From contig JAYWIR010000045.1 in the NCBI GenBank assembly GCA_036172245.1, forward strand, positions 1,240,001-1,304,000: a stretch of 64,000 bases of DNA. Reading direction: 5' to 3'. The position numbers and the translations under genes are program-made. A model generated the notes under the pieces. The model saw nothing but the letters and a program-made list of their open reading frames with translations. It had not been told where the DNA came from and did no database searches. Positions 34,701-46,700 of the stretch are shown piece after piece. Numbering within the stretch: position 1 is the first letter of the stretch; every line of letters starts with the position of its first letter. The DNA comes from Raillietiella orientalis (taxonomy: Eukaryota).

Positions 34701-37700
34701 TGACCGGCGTACGCGGGCGGGCTCCTCCCGAAAGAAGAAAGAGGGAAGCAGGGGAAGAGGAAGAAGGAGGAAACGGCCTTCTAATTGCTCCAGAGGATGG
34801 GGCGCGCTCTCTTCTCCACTCCTCCCCCCCTTCCATCTCGGCGGCAGCCTTCCTTCCGCCCTCACCTTCCGGTTCCACGAAGCGCGAACGAGAGACGGTG
34901 GGCTGCCAGAGGAGGGTGACCGGAGATGGGGGCGCAACTCAATTATCGCCTGCGCTTCCCTTCCCCCCCCTTCCCCGCCCCCACCCGCTCGCAGACGGCC
35001 CATGGTACACCTGCGCGTCCCTTCTCGCGGGCGCGGTCTTTTGATCGGCGTATCCTTGGAGACCATGCGCAGCGGGACGCGGAGGGCCGGTTGAGAGCGT
35101 GCACGCGTTCCGGGCCGCGAAATTACGGCTTCTCCGCGCGCCCCGCGGGGGCTGCTGTTCCGTTTCCGCCGGGGGGAGGGGGGGAGATCGTGCCCTTCCC
35201 CTGGAGGAGCGCGCACGAGTGAACGGCAGAGCATCTCCCCGCTCGCATCTCCACGGAGCCAGGGCTGTCCTTCTTCCTTCTGCCCCATTCTTGAGTTTCT
35301 TCCTTCTCCCCCCCTCCGCCCCTCTTTCCTTCCCTGTCGGCACGTGGCGCGCTGTCCGTCCTCGGGGAGGAGGCGCCCACACCCGCGCGCGCTAGCGGGT
35401 GGGCGGGCGGACGACATCCAAGCCTTCTGGAGGCAGACGAGGGCAGGTGACCATCAGGGAGGCTGCGTTGAAGGCGCACCCAGGAGAGTCCCGGTGGCTT
35501 CGGGGCAGCTGGTGCGGCTGCGGCGTCCAGGTAGAGACAAATGCCTCCTCCTTGGGATGACAGGAGGAATGCTGGAAGGCCCAAGGAGCCCAGGACGGGC
35601 GCACGCGCTCTCCCAAGCACCTGCTCGTCTCCAGAGCCGCCCCGAACGGGAGATTGATGACGCCATTGTCCACGCCGTCTCCAGGGAAACAAAGGAAGGC
35701 CCGAGATTAATAACGAGCGGCGTCTAATGCTGCGGCAGATGCAGCGTCCATCACTCCCCGGACGAGGAAGGAGGGGGTAGGCGGGTGCGGGGGAGGAGGA
35801 GGAGAAAAAAAGAAAAAAAAAGCCTGGGGCCCACCTGCGAGTCGGGAGGCTGTTGCCTGTTTCCTCCCTTCACGAAGTCGTCTTTTTGTTCACCCCCCTC
35901 CCCCCCACCGGGTAACGGGCGGCGCTCCTCCGAGATCGTTGTCGGCCGAGGAAAGCGTCTAGAGGGCAGATCTCTAGAGAGCGGGAGGAAGGAGCTTTCC
36001 CTCCCACTCCGGCCTACAGCGAAGGGTGAGGCCCTCGTCCCATCCCTCGGGAAGCAGGAGGCAAGAGAAGCATTCGTTCCCTCCTTCCTTTCTTCCCTTG
36101 TCTCCCCGAGGCTAGCCCAACTTCTCCATTCCCTACCCCGACCAGGTAAAGAGGGGCCCCGACACGGGAGGGAACACTCAAGGAGTTTTTTTTTTTCTCT
36201 CTGGAGGCGCTCCAGGCTTCTCTCGGGGGACTCCGCCTCTCCCCCATCCTTCTCTTTCCAGGGTGCCCCTGGTTCCGCGACCGTTCGCCGCCACCCACTT
36301 CCCCGGTTCCGGCAGGGCGACGGAGGGCATGCGGCCCGCATTCCTCTCCACTTCCCAAACGGGATGCTCCTCCTCCCTCCTCTCTTTGCTCCTGTTCTCA
36401 GTCTGTTCCTGCTTCCTGCTCTGCCATTCCCTTTCTCGCTCCCGCCAGTAGCTTCCGACGCACCCAGGAGCACTGCCGCGATCTCCTCTGGAAGCTCTTG
36501 GAGCCCGAAAGTCCCCCAGACAGGAACCTCCTCTTCCTCGGGAACCTACGGGCGAGAGAAGCTGCAGGGAGAAGGACCCAAGTATGTCCCTGCGGGAGGG
36601 CAGAAGGAAGACTCCTGGGACCTCCTGAGGATCCTGGAGAAGGGAGTAGAGACAGAGGTGGCTTCTGGCTTTCCCCCCTCCTCCCCAAAAGAGGGCGAGT
36701 GCCCCAACGAGGCCTCTCCGCAGTGTTTTGACCTCCCCCGCAGCAGGCTCTAAGGCCGTGTCCCCGCTCTCTCTAGGGGCCAAGGGAGCAGCAAAAGGAG
36801 AGGAAGGAGAGGGGAAGGGGAGCTTTCATCTGGGTCTCGCACCGCGAGATCGCCTGACCTACGGGAAGCCACCGGTGTTTCTGCGCTCTCTGCGGGAAGA
36901 TCCTATGAAGGGAGGGAGACGCCGGTGGAGCGTCTCCTTGGGAGCGTGCGCGCTCCTCCGCCCTCCGGGTCCGCCGTGAACGCGGTCGGGCGATACTCCT
37001 GCAGCGACAGCTGCCCGACTTCACTTCCAGGACGCGCCTGCTCTCTTCGGATGCTTTCCGGGGCTCACTGAACCACTGGATGGGCGGATGGGGTCTAGAG
37101 CGATCCCTCGGGGAACGGAACAAAGTTCATTCCGCTATCCTGCTGTGACAGGAGGAGGGAAAGGGAAGCGCGTATCTCCCCCTTTCGAGAAAAATTCCAT
37201 AAACGCCTCCGTCGGCTGCACCCGCGAACAACCCATTCCCAACCTCCGAGGACGAAGAAGGGTGAGCTGGAGAGGCCGTGGTGACCTCGGAGTCCCACAG
37301 GCAGGTAGGGTCTCGAAAGGCCCCCTTCCCCCAGGTGCGAGCTCCACAGAGTCTCTAACCTTCGCACCCCTTCGTCTTGTTCGTCTTCCGAACCGCAGCG
37401 TAAACCTAGCAGCAGCAGCCCGTCCTCTCTTCCTTCCTCGGGCCTCCACCCGTCCCAGCTCGGCCTCCTGGAGGTGAGAAGGCGTGGTCATCGGAAAAGC
37501 CCCCAGGGGAAATGCCCTTCCGCGACTTCTGGAATCATGAACGCCTCCCTTCACCACGTGGCGTCAGCGAGGACCTCCTCTGCGGGGGCGCGAAGCCGAG
37601 ATCCGTGGCGCAAGCTCCCCAAGAACGCGAGCGCGCGTTCTTGAGGCGGGAGCCGGAGGAGACGGGAAGGAAGTCTTCGCAGCCTCCTTCACTCCTTTCC

Positions 37701-40700
37701 CTTCCCTACCTACCACTTCCTCCCTTCCCTCCTCCTCTCCGTGTATCCTCTGCCCAGTTGCTGGCTAAGGCTCCTTGCGCGGAATGCAGGGGCAGCGACA
37801 GCAGCAGCAGGAATGCAGCGGCAACGGCAACGATGTCTCCTCTTCTTTTGCCTCTTCCGGTGCTGCCGCTGATGCCGAAGGCATCTTCCCCCCCCCCCTC
37901 TCCTCCTCATCGCCGCTAATTCCTCCCGGCAGAAGCGCGCGCGTGCCGGCTCAAGGTGCGGCGGACCGCCACGCGGCCATGCCAGATGGAACCGGAAGAA
38001 AGGATTCGCGTGGAGAACCCATCACCACCTTTGCAGCCGCCGCGCCTCCTCTTCCAAGCGGTCGCGGAAACGTACGGACTCTTCCCGTCCGTCTTTTCAG
38101 GCCCCGACGTGTTAATCGATTGGTAACGGTAATTTCCTCCTTCTTCTTGGAGCAGCGAGCCAGCGATTGGCGCCCAGAGGGCTCCTGCGGCATAAAGCGG
38201 TTACGAGTTGTTTGCCTTCGTGATCGCTTTGTCAGATGACTCCTCCGAGGAGACGCTTTTGCCTCGTGGTGACCCGTCACGTCCACTCGCAGCCCTGTCA
38301 ACCCCGCTGTGAGGAGATGTCGGTGACAATGCGGTAAATCACCGTGATGCTCACCACCAGACACGCGTTAGGAGAGCGCGGCACGCCGCTTAGGGTTTAA
38401 AGGACCGGGATGCGCCTCAAATTAGAAAGCGACGTTAAAGAATTGGCTTTACATCAGAGGGGAACCTGCTTGCACCAAGCATTTGCTCGAAGAACAAGCT
38501 GCAAAAAGAGAAGAGGGAAGGAAGGAGGAAGAGAAGAAGGGAAGGGAGGAAGAGGAGGAGGAGTTCCTCAAGAGCGTCTAGGGCTCCACGATGTGTCTGC
38601 GACTCGCTGGACGAACTTCTCTATTTAGAAATTCGTAAGTGCCATCTCAGTGATGTTCTGTGGCAGAGACGTGACCCTGGACCCCACGTTCCTCTGATGA
38701 CAATTTCATTTTACGTGCTTCATTGAGGTCTCTGTGCACACGATGCCGCGCTGACAGGCAGGTCCGGGTGAAGCGACACCCGTCGTGAATTCCCTTGCGT
38801 GAGGAAGGGGCGAGGCGAAGGTTGGAGGAGGAGCAGAAGGATGCCAGAGAGAGAGAGGGGGGGGGGGAGAGGAGAGGTAGGGAAGAAGATGAAAGAAGAG
38901 CAACAATCTGAAATCTTCCTGTCTCCCTGAGATGCTGTCCGGCTGAATGGACCGACCAGTCTCTCCAATCTGGATCGCGACAATCAGCCGCCACTCTCAG
39001 TTTTCATAAATCATTGCCCCTGCGGGTGCAGGAGACAATGCGCGGGCTTTCTCGAAGACCTGCTCCGTCCGTCCGGAGGCATCAGAAGCGCAAGCAGATG
39101 AATGCTAGGATGTCTTGGAGTGCAGGTGAGACGGGTGGCGTGGTGGCCAACCGACTTTCGTAGGGTGAAAAAAGAAAAAAAAAGAAACTAAAAAAAAGGA
39201 AACAAGGAAGAGAAACCGAAAGGGCATCGAAGATATCACCTTGAGAAGCTGCAAGAGCCAAAAGGGGGGGGGGAGCAGCTTTGTGAGTGCCCGAGAAAGC
39301 ACGTTACCTTGCCTGGGGAGAGGTGAGGGGGGGGGGGGAAATGTTGGTTCGAGTCGCCGTCGCTCCTTACGTCCATCCTCAACCGCCAAAAGTCCTCGTA
39401 AAGGGCAGACCGTGTCATGAAGCTTGCTTCTTGGGGTAGGAAGAGATTGGGACTGATGCGGATTCTGGATTCTGAGAGGTGCGACGGGGGAGATGATAGT
39501 GTCCTACCAGGTTTCTAAGAAAAACCCTTGAGGTGATGGGCTGGAGAGAAAATAAAAGAGAAGATCTCCGTTTCTACTGATCCAGAAATTGTCTTGCAAC
39601 AATCAGGGAATTCGTATTCCCTACCAGGCAGCGGTCTCTGCAGGACTCCTTCAAGAAGCTGCAGCCTTCTTCGTAGCCTCTCCCTTTGCTGCGGCTCCTG
39701 CGGCAGCAACAGAAAGCAGCGGAGTCCCGAAAGCTTCGCTCTCGAGAAGAGGGAGGGAAGGGTAAGGTCACGAAGATCACTATGAGGCGATGGGTCACGT
39801 AGGAAAGCATCCATTGAGCGATTCTTTCCCTTCCTGCACTCCCCGAGGTCTCTACCCACATCGGGGTGATCCTTAAAGGCCTCCAATTCCTCATCCCGGT
39901 CCTTCAGTCGTCTGAGCTCCTCGACAAAACAAGAAACTCCTTCCATGGGGCCAGTGAGTGCAAAGACATCTATGAAGGAGATCACCAGAGATCACCATCA
40001 GGCTTGCTTCCCTTGTCTGCGTACGCGGCTGCTCCTCTTCTTCCGGATGACGGCTCATGGGGCAAGGCAGCTTTGGCAGCCTCGGTGGTGGTTGTGGTTC
40101 TTCTGAGCCAGCTTTTCTTCCCCTGAGATTCTCAATAGCAGGGTAGGTACTGGAGCTGTCGCCGTTGCCGCTCACCGGGGCGTCCAAGGCCGGTCAGCCG
40201 CAACAGCAACATCCCGAGCCGTTCTTTGCCTCGAAGGGCGTTCGCCGCGAGAGTGCGCTTGAGGAAAGACCGAATCTCTCTGCCTCCGTGTCTCTCTCGC
40301 GCTCGCGCAGAGCAGCCGCAGCCGCAGCAGCCTTTTTGGAGTTCCGTTTGGATATCCCCGCCTTCTCCCGAGCCAGTTTTCCGGTGAGAGGGAAAACATC
40401 TGCAGTATCCACACGTGGATGCCTCTCGTGCAGATGTTCCGCTCGGCACCGTCGCTACCGGTTTTCAAAATTGGAGGAGGAATTTCAATTAGGTACTCCG
40501 ACGCAACTTGCATCCATCCGCTGGGGATGGCCGCTTCCACCTCGAGCATTTATTTCCGGGAGGCTTGGCTTGAGAGCGGACGTCTTTAAGTAGCTGACCG
40601 GATCGTTGCACCTGCCTCATTCGCCTCCACCGCCACTGCTCCGAAGTTTTTTCGAAGGAGAGAGCGAGAGAGAGAGGGAAGAGGGGGAGGAAAGGGCGCC

Positions 40701-43700
40701 CCTTTCGCCGCATTTGCTGGACGCGCTCGAGAACCGCCTGGTCGAAACCGCCGTCCCACCAGCTAGCTCCGTCGTTCTGGGAGCGAGTTTTTTCCTGCGC
40801 CGACGCGCGCGACTCTCTCCGAGCGCTTCCGCTTGCTTTCTCGTGGAGCTTCGCGACGCCCTAGGAGCATCCCGCGTGCGAGCCCGCGAGCAAGGCGTGA
40901 AGTTTTCAGCAAGGGCTTCTGCGACCAGACACTTCAGGTTCTTCCCTTCCCTACTCAGGGACGCTCGGCGTCGTCGAACGCGACTGGGAACGTGAACGTC
41001 GAGGCGTGCAGCGTTTACGGCGCCAACTGAAGCGCCATCGAAGAAACGCACGTTCGGGCTGCAATTTTTGCGCTGTCATCGCCTCCCCACCTCCCTTTCT
41101 GCCTCCTCCCTATCCTGGTGGACCGAGCACAGGGAGAGTCAGTTAGGGTGCACGCCCATGAGTTTCCTGTTTCCCTTTCTACTCAAAAATCACCTCGCAA
41201 GCGCGTCCTGGAGACTTCTGTCCTGGAGATGCTCCCGAGCAGACCTGAGCGAGCACCAGAAATCCCTCCCCTTTTTCCTTCCTCCCAACAATGAACTGAT
41301 ACGAGATGCAAGCACCTATCTGGTCCATCTGTGTGTCCTTGGAGCGCCGTCTGGTGGCTGGGATGGTGAGCAAATCTCATTTCCCAATTAGAGAGGTCAT
41401 GTCGGCATGTACAGTTACGTCGTCATGATATCAGAGGTACTCGCAGCGCTACCGCTACAAATACCACTGCTGATGGTGGTGGTGGTGGTGGTGGTGAGAA
41501 GGAGGAGGAGGAGGAAGAGGAAAGGATGGTGATGCGGTCGCTTCTCGGCCTTTTGGCTAAGATCGAAGTGGTCCTGGACAGCTGCTTCAAAGTATCACTG
41601 CACTGGAACTGGCTCAGGGAACTTTCCGAGAAGTGGTTTCGAAGATACTCACGCCACCATCGGATGATGATCCTGGAAAGTTCACGTCTGGCAATTCGTC
41701 TCGAAAGTTTCCAACAATCGGTGGAGACATCAGGAGCTCGTGGACCAAGGAAAGACAAGTCCTCCTTGAAATAAGAGCCCTTGGGTTTTGTTCCGGGGGA
41801 GAGCCCAAAATGCTCGTAGGCGACGTCACTTCCGATGGCAGAACGAGGAGAAAACATGGCCCTATGATAAGAGCTGCACAAAGAGGGCACGCATAGCAGT
41901 CTCTTGTTGGGAAGGGAGAGCCATGTAGCGAGCGGGGCTGCGTCGTTCGACCAGCCTTTTCGGTCATCAGGAGACTCCCTTGGATTCGCAGGTTATCGGT
42001 TCATCCACACAGCTCGGTTCTAATTCGCTTCCAATTAGGAGGTAGGTAGGTGTTGCTATAAGAAGGGAAGCAGATCGCATATGTCAGCGCAACACAATCT
42101 GGGATGAGATGTTGCCTCACGTCACGAATCACTGCATGAGACGCTCTCATCTCTACGCCACACGACATATTGCTGCATTCGAAAAAATTGAAAGCTTGGC
42201 GTCGGATGCAACAAAATGGAAGCTGGCGTCCAGCAACAGGAAGGTTCCTGGAGTGAGTTCCACTCTGCGACCTGATTCGTGCGGCAGAAGGGCGGCAGGA
42301 TGATGTCTTTGTACGCGGTGTCCACTTGAGAATGCAAGTGTCCAGCACAGACAGTGCAGAGAAGATCAGTAAGTTTCGAGATGTTGCCTCAGTTATCAGA
42401 GAATGGAATTCGACGCAGAGTGCATGCTTTTTTCGTCGGACCACTTGGAACTTGGGACTCTGGGAATGACGCTGCGCTATGTGATCTGGGGGTCCCTAAA
42501 AAGAATTCGGAGTAAATGAGGCATCTTAAGGTGGCCTCAAGTATCCAGCACACTAGGGATATCCACTGGACTCATGTGCTTGGACGTCTCCCGGATAATG
42601 CAAAAGCCACTCTCCAGTGAAAAGGTGGTGGTGATGAGGAAGAGCAGGAGGAGTAAAGGATGACGATGTGGTGAGAGCCGTGGTAAGGATCGTGATGAGG
42701 AGGAGGAGGAAGAGGAAAAGAAATCACCATCACTCTTGGCAGTGTGCAAGAACAGCAATCCAACAAAGTTTTCACATCTCCCAGACCTCTACAGATCACC
42801 TAACCGATCTTGCTCTGCTTCTCAACAGACTGTTCATCATCTTGATTCCTCATTACCCTTTCCCTCCCTTATCCCTCCTTCGCTCACTCCCCTCACCTCT
42901 TTGCTGCAGTCTGATCAGGTGCCTTGGCGACTTCCCCCGAAAGCCTTCTGCCCAAGATCTTTATCCCCGTTGGCATGCCAACCTGATCGTCGGGCTCCCA
43001 TGTGCTTCAGATCCAATTTTACAAAGCGAATCCGGTCGTTAATTACCTACGTGCGCATACGCAATCCTCTCGATACGCTCACACATGTGCGCGCGCCTCG
43101 TACATATATCGGAGCGGCCACTCTGTCGCCTCTGCACCTGCCCCAAGTGCGTCTCTGCCCACCTTCGGGACGATCGTCGCGGATGCTGATGCTGAGGGTG
43201 GGGGTCACCTCGGAACTCCTCTGCGTGAAGCTCCTCTGCAGTGAAAAGATGGTTCAGCGCCGTTCCCTGAGAACAGGAGAGCCGTTCGTTTTCCCTCCGC
43301 GCATGCGCGACGGGTATGTGTGCCCCACCCTACCCTTTCTTCTCCTGGAAGCGATGCGAGCGCGGCGGCGTATCGTCGCGACCCCCCCCCCCCCCTCGAG
43401 GTCCTCTTGGCCCTTCCGCACCCTCGCCGTCGACGGACCGCAGCCGTCGCCCGTCCCGGGCACGCCCTCCTCGCCTTCCCAGATCGGGCAGCTCGGCGGT
43501 AGCGTCGTGCGCGAGCACTCCGGCTGTCGTCGTCCGGACGAGTCGCGCCCTTCGAGCGGCTCCCTCCTTACGCGCGACGCGGGCGCATCCTCTTCGCCTT
43601 CCCTCCGCCTCCTGCTTCTCACCCTTTCCGTCCTCCTCCCCCACCTCCTTAATGGATCCTAATTCGGGGATTATGAACCGCCGGGGGGAAAGGAGGAGGA

Positions 43701-46700
43701 GGAGGAGAGGGGTGCGTGACGAGTCGTTCCTCAGTCTATGCCGGGCATGCTCTTTGCGGCGGGCGTTTCCGAGCAGGCTACTCGGAAAATGCGTACCGGC
43801 CTTTTGTCAACAAGGGAAGACCATTGTTCTCCTTCAAAGAGTTTAATTGGGGAACGCTGGCGCTAATCGCGGAGACTGCCGGATCCGCCGGTCTCGTGCG
43901 GTTCGCGTCGTCGTGCCTGGCGACGGAGGGGAGGGGAGGGAACCTCCATTGCCTGCCGCGCTCCATTGCAGGGGGTGCCGCGGAGCGCGACGGCGAGGGA
44001 AGCCAAAAAGGAGGGAGACATTCGCATGCTCCGTGCGCAACAGGGATGCCACCGCTCGAGATCCCCGCGGGGACACGAGAAGCTCGGACGGTGGCACGCC
44101 CCCGTGCCCGCTTTTCTTCCCTCAGGCGGCTCTCCACCCTTCGCGGAGGGGTCGGCGGTCTAGAAGGGAGGAGGCGGTGAGGGGCATCTCGACTCGGGGG
44201 TCTCCGCCGCCTCATGCGGTCTCGGCGGCCTCGAAGGGCATGGCGCACGGGCCCTCCCTCTCTCTGACAGGGAGGGCGCGGGGATACCAGGCAGGAGAGG
44301 TCCTGCGCCTCGGGACGCTCGCGGGAGAGCCAAGGGAGCTGCCGCAGGCTCCACCAGGGAAGTGGGAAATTGGCGCTTGCGTGCGTGCTTCGGGAGGCGC
44401 CTCAGTGGGAACGAGGAAAAAGGAGGGATACCCGATGTAGCACCGTAAAAGTTGGTAGTTCTCCGATTCCTAGGGAAGAGGGAGGGGAGGCTGGGTGAGC
44501 GATGGGAAGGGAAAAATACTCTCAGTCGCTTCTAATTTTTTTTGAAGGTAAGAGAATGTGAGGAGGGGAAGTAGCGCTTTGGGAAGTCCGTGGCGAACGT
44601 GGATGAATGGAGCACGGAATGAGACCGAAAGTGGGACCCGGACATCGGAAACCCGGGAAAGTCGCCTCTCCTACCCTTTCGATGGCGCAGAGTAGCATCT
44701 GAGGGATGCCTGGATGCCGGAGGGGGAGAATTCGCATCCCGTCCGGGAACCACGATCCAGAAAGAAGAATGCTCTGCGAGACTTGGGGGATTCCCGGTTT
44801 CTTCGGAGTCGACTAATGGAAATCCGAAAGCCGCCGCTGCTGGGTGCGTCGTCTGTTTGCGGCGCGCACATCAACCGCCCAGTCGCGGCATGCGCGCACC
44901 GAATCCGGGATGTCCGTAGACAGGAAGCGCATCCGCAGAAGGACGTCTGCCGAACTCTTGCAACCTACGGAGAGGAACGCACACCTGGCTGTGTTGCTGG
45001 CTGCAGTTCGTCTCCTAGCTGTAAGGGGGAGGACGCCGAGAGGGGAGAAGGCGAAGCGAACCCGGGGAAAACGGGATGGAGACATGAGCGCCCTGGCAGC
45101 GGAAGATGATGACGAAGCAGATGCCGGATCTTGGGGAACCAGCGAGACTGGTGGAGCCTGAAGGCGCTCGGCGCCCGACGGGAAAGAAAATGGAGGGCCG
45201 GACGGGAGGCGCAAACTTCGAGCCGGTCGTCCCCGAATGCGCTGCAACTGCGGAGGAGGAGTGGTCCGGCAGATGCAGGTGGCGGTGGCGGACGGAGAGC
45301 TGGGAGAAAAGCTGAGGCGGGAGACTGTCTCCGGCCCGAAAGAACTCGGGCAGATGTTCACCCGAGACGTTGGCCGGGTGAAGGCGCTCTCCAGGAGGAG
45401 CGCCCCGCAGGGAGCGGAGGAGGAGGCCGCGGCGTCTCTGCGGCAACCGCCTCCAGCGGTAGGGAAGGCGCGGAAGGAGCTCAAGGCGTCCAGGGTCGCA
45501 GTTCCTGCGACCCTGGACGCTCAGGAGAGTCGGGAGCTCCAGGAGAGTCGGGAAAGGAGGGACGGACAGGAATCCTCGAAGACTTGAGATCGGAGACCCA
45601 ACCCAGAGAGGCCCAAAAGACCGTTGTCACGGAACCTTCTCACACGCCAGACCTCGGGGATCCCTCTGGGGTGTCACCGCTACCAGGATCTGCGCCGACG
45701 GTGTCTCCAGGAGAACTAGAGTACCCGGAGTCTTATGAGTGCATCGTCGCGACCCTCTCGCTCGACCCCGGGACCTGTCGCTGTCCTACTCCCTCCGACG
45801 GGCGCCGAAAAACGGGAACGGCAGCCTCGGCTCTACGAGGCGAGGATTCCATTGGACACTTCTTGCGGATGTCCTTTCTGTTCCTTTTCAGGCCGACTGG
45901 CACCTCTGCCTGCAGCGATGGGTCGCAGAAAGGAAAGTGTTGGAAGGGAGAAAGGTCGCTCAGTCCGTTCCGCGCCTAGAACTGGGAGGGATGGTGGGAT
46001 GGATAGACGAAAGGAAGGAAGGGCAGAAGGACGAGAGTCCATGCTAAAAAAATGGGGTAGCTGAGGGTGAAGGGAGGAGGAGTTCTTCTTCAAGGACGCC
46101 GTCGAGACTTGGCTGATCTCATTCTTAAGGACTGCGTGAAAAAAAAAAAAGTCCCAAAGCGAAGTCCGAGGAGTGACCGAGCGTGTGGAGTAGCGCGGGA
46201 GAACGACGGGGGTCCGTGGCGCGCGACCCGCCAGTGTGGGACGGATCTCCGGGTGACTGAGGCCCAGCATCCAGGCGCGGACGGAACCTCTCGCTTCCCC
46301 TCCGGGTTTCGTCCCTCGCGACGTCAACCGAAAGGCCAACTGCAACAGCGGCAGCGAGGAGTGCGCAACAAGCGCCCCATCCCCCGTTCGGGAGCCGGGA
46401 GCGACTGCAGCTCCTTCAGGGTCGAGGGACGCCCTCCGCAGCCGTGCGAGACCGGAAGCGGAAGGTCGTGATCGCGGCACGCCCCATCCCTCCTCGAGAG
46501 GGGTGGAAAGGGACTCTCGCCCTGAGGGACATTTTAAAAACCCCTTAAAGGCAGTTAAAAGGGGTAAAGGACGAGAGAATGACTTAGTTAAAAGGGCGGG
46601 GCCAGCCCTCTCGAACCGAAAAAGGGTCGGAAAGCCGCCTCAAGAGCATGTCCCGCGCGTGTCTGCGGGAAGGTCGAAGCGGAAGGTGGCGGCCCCAAAC

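Noticed and set aside
41400..43100. Lower-GC block with (GGT)n/(GGA)n runs as a possible transposon or gene
   Set aside because: No reverse transcriptase, transposase or other motif was recognised in any frame, and no terminal repeats were seen.
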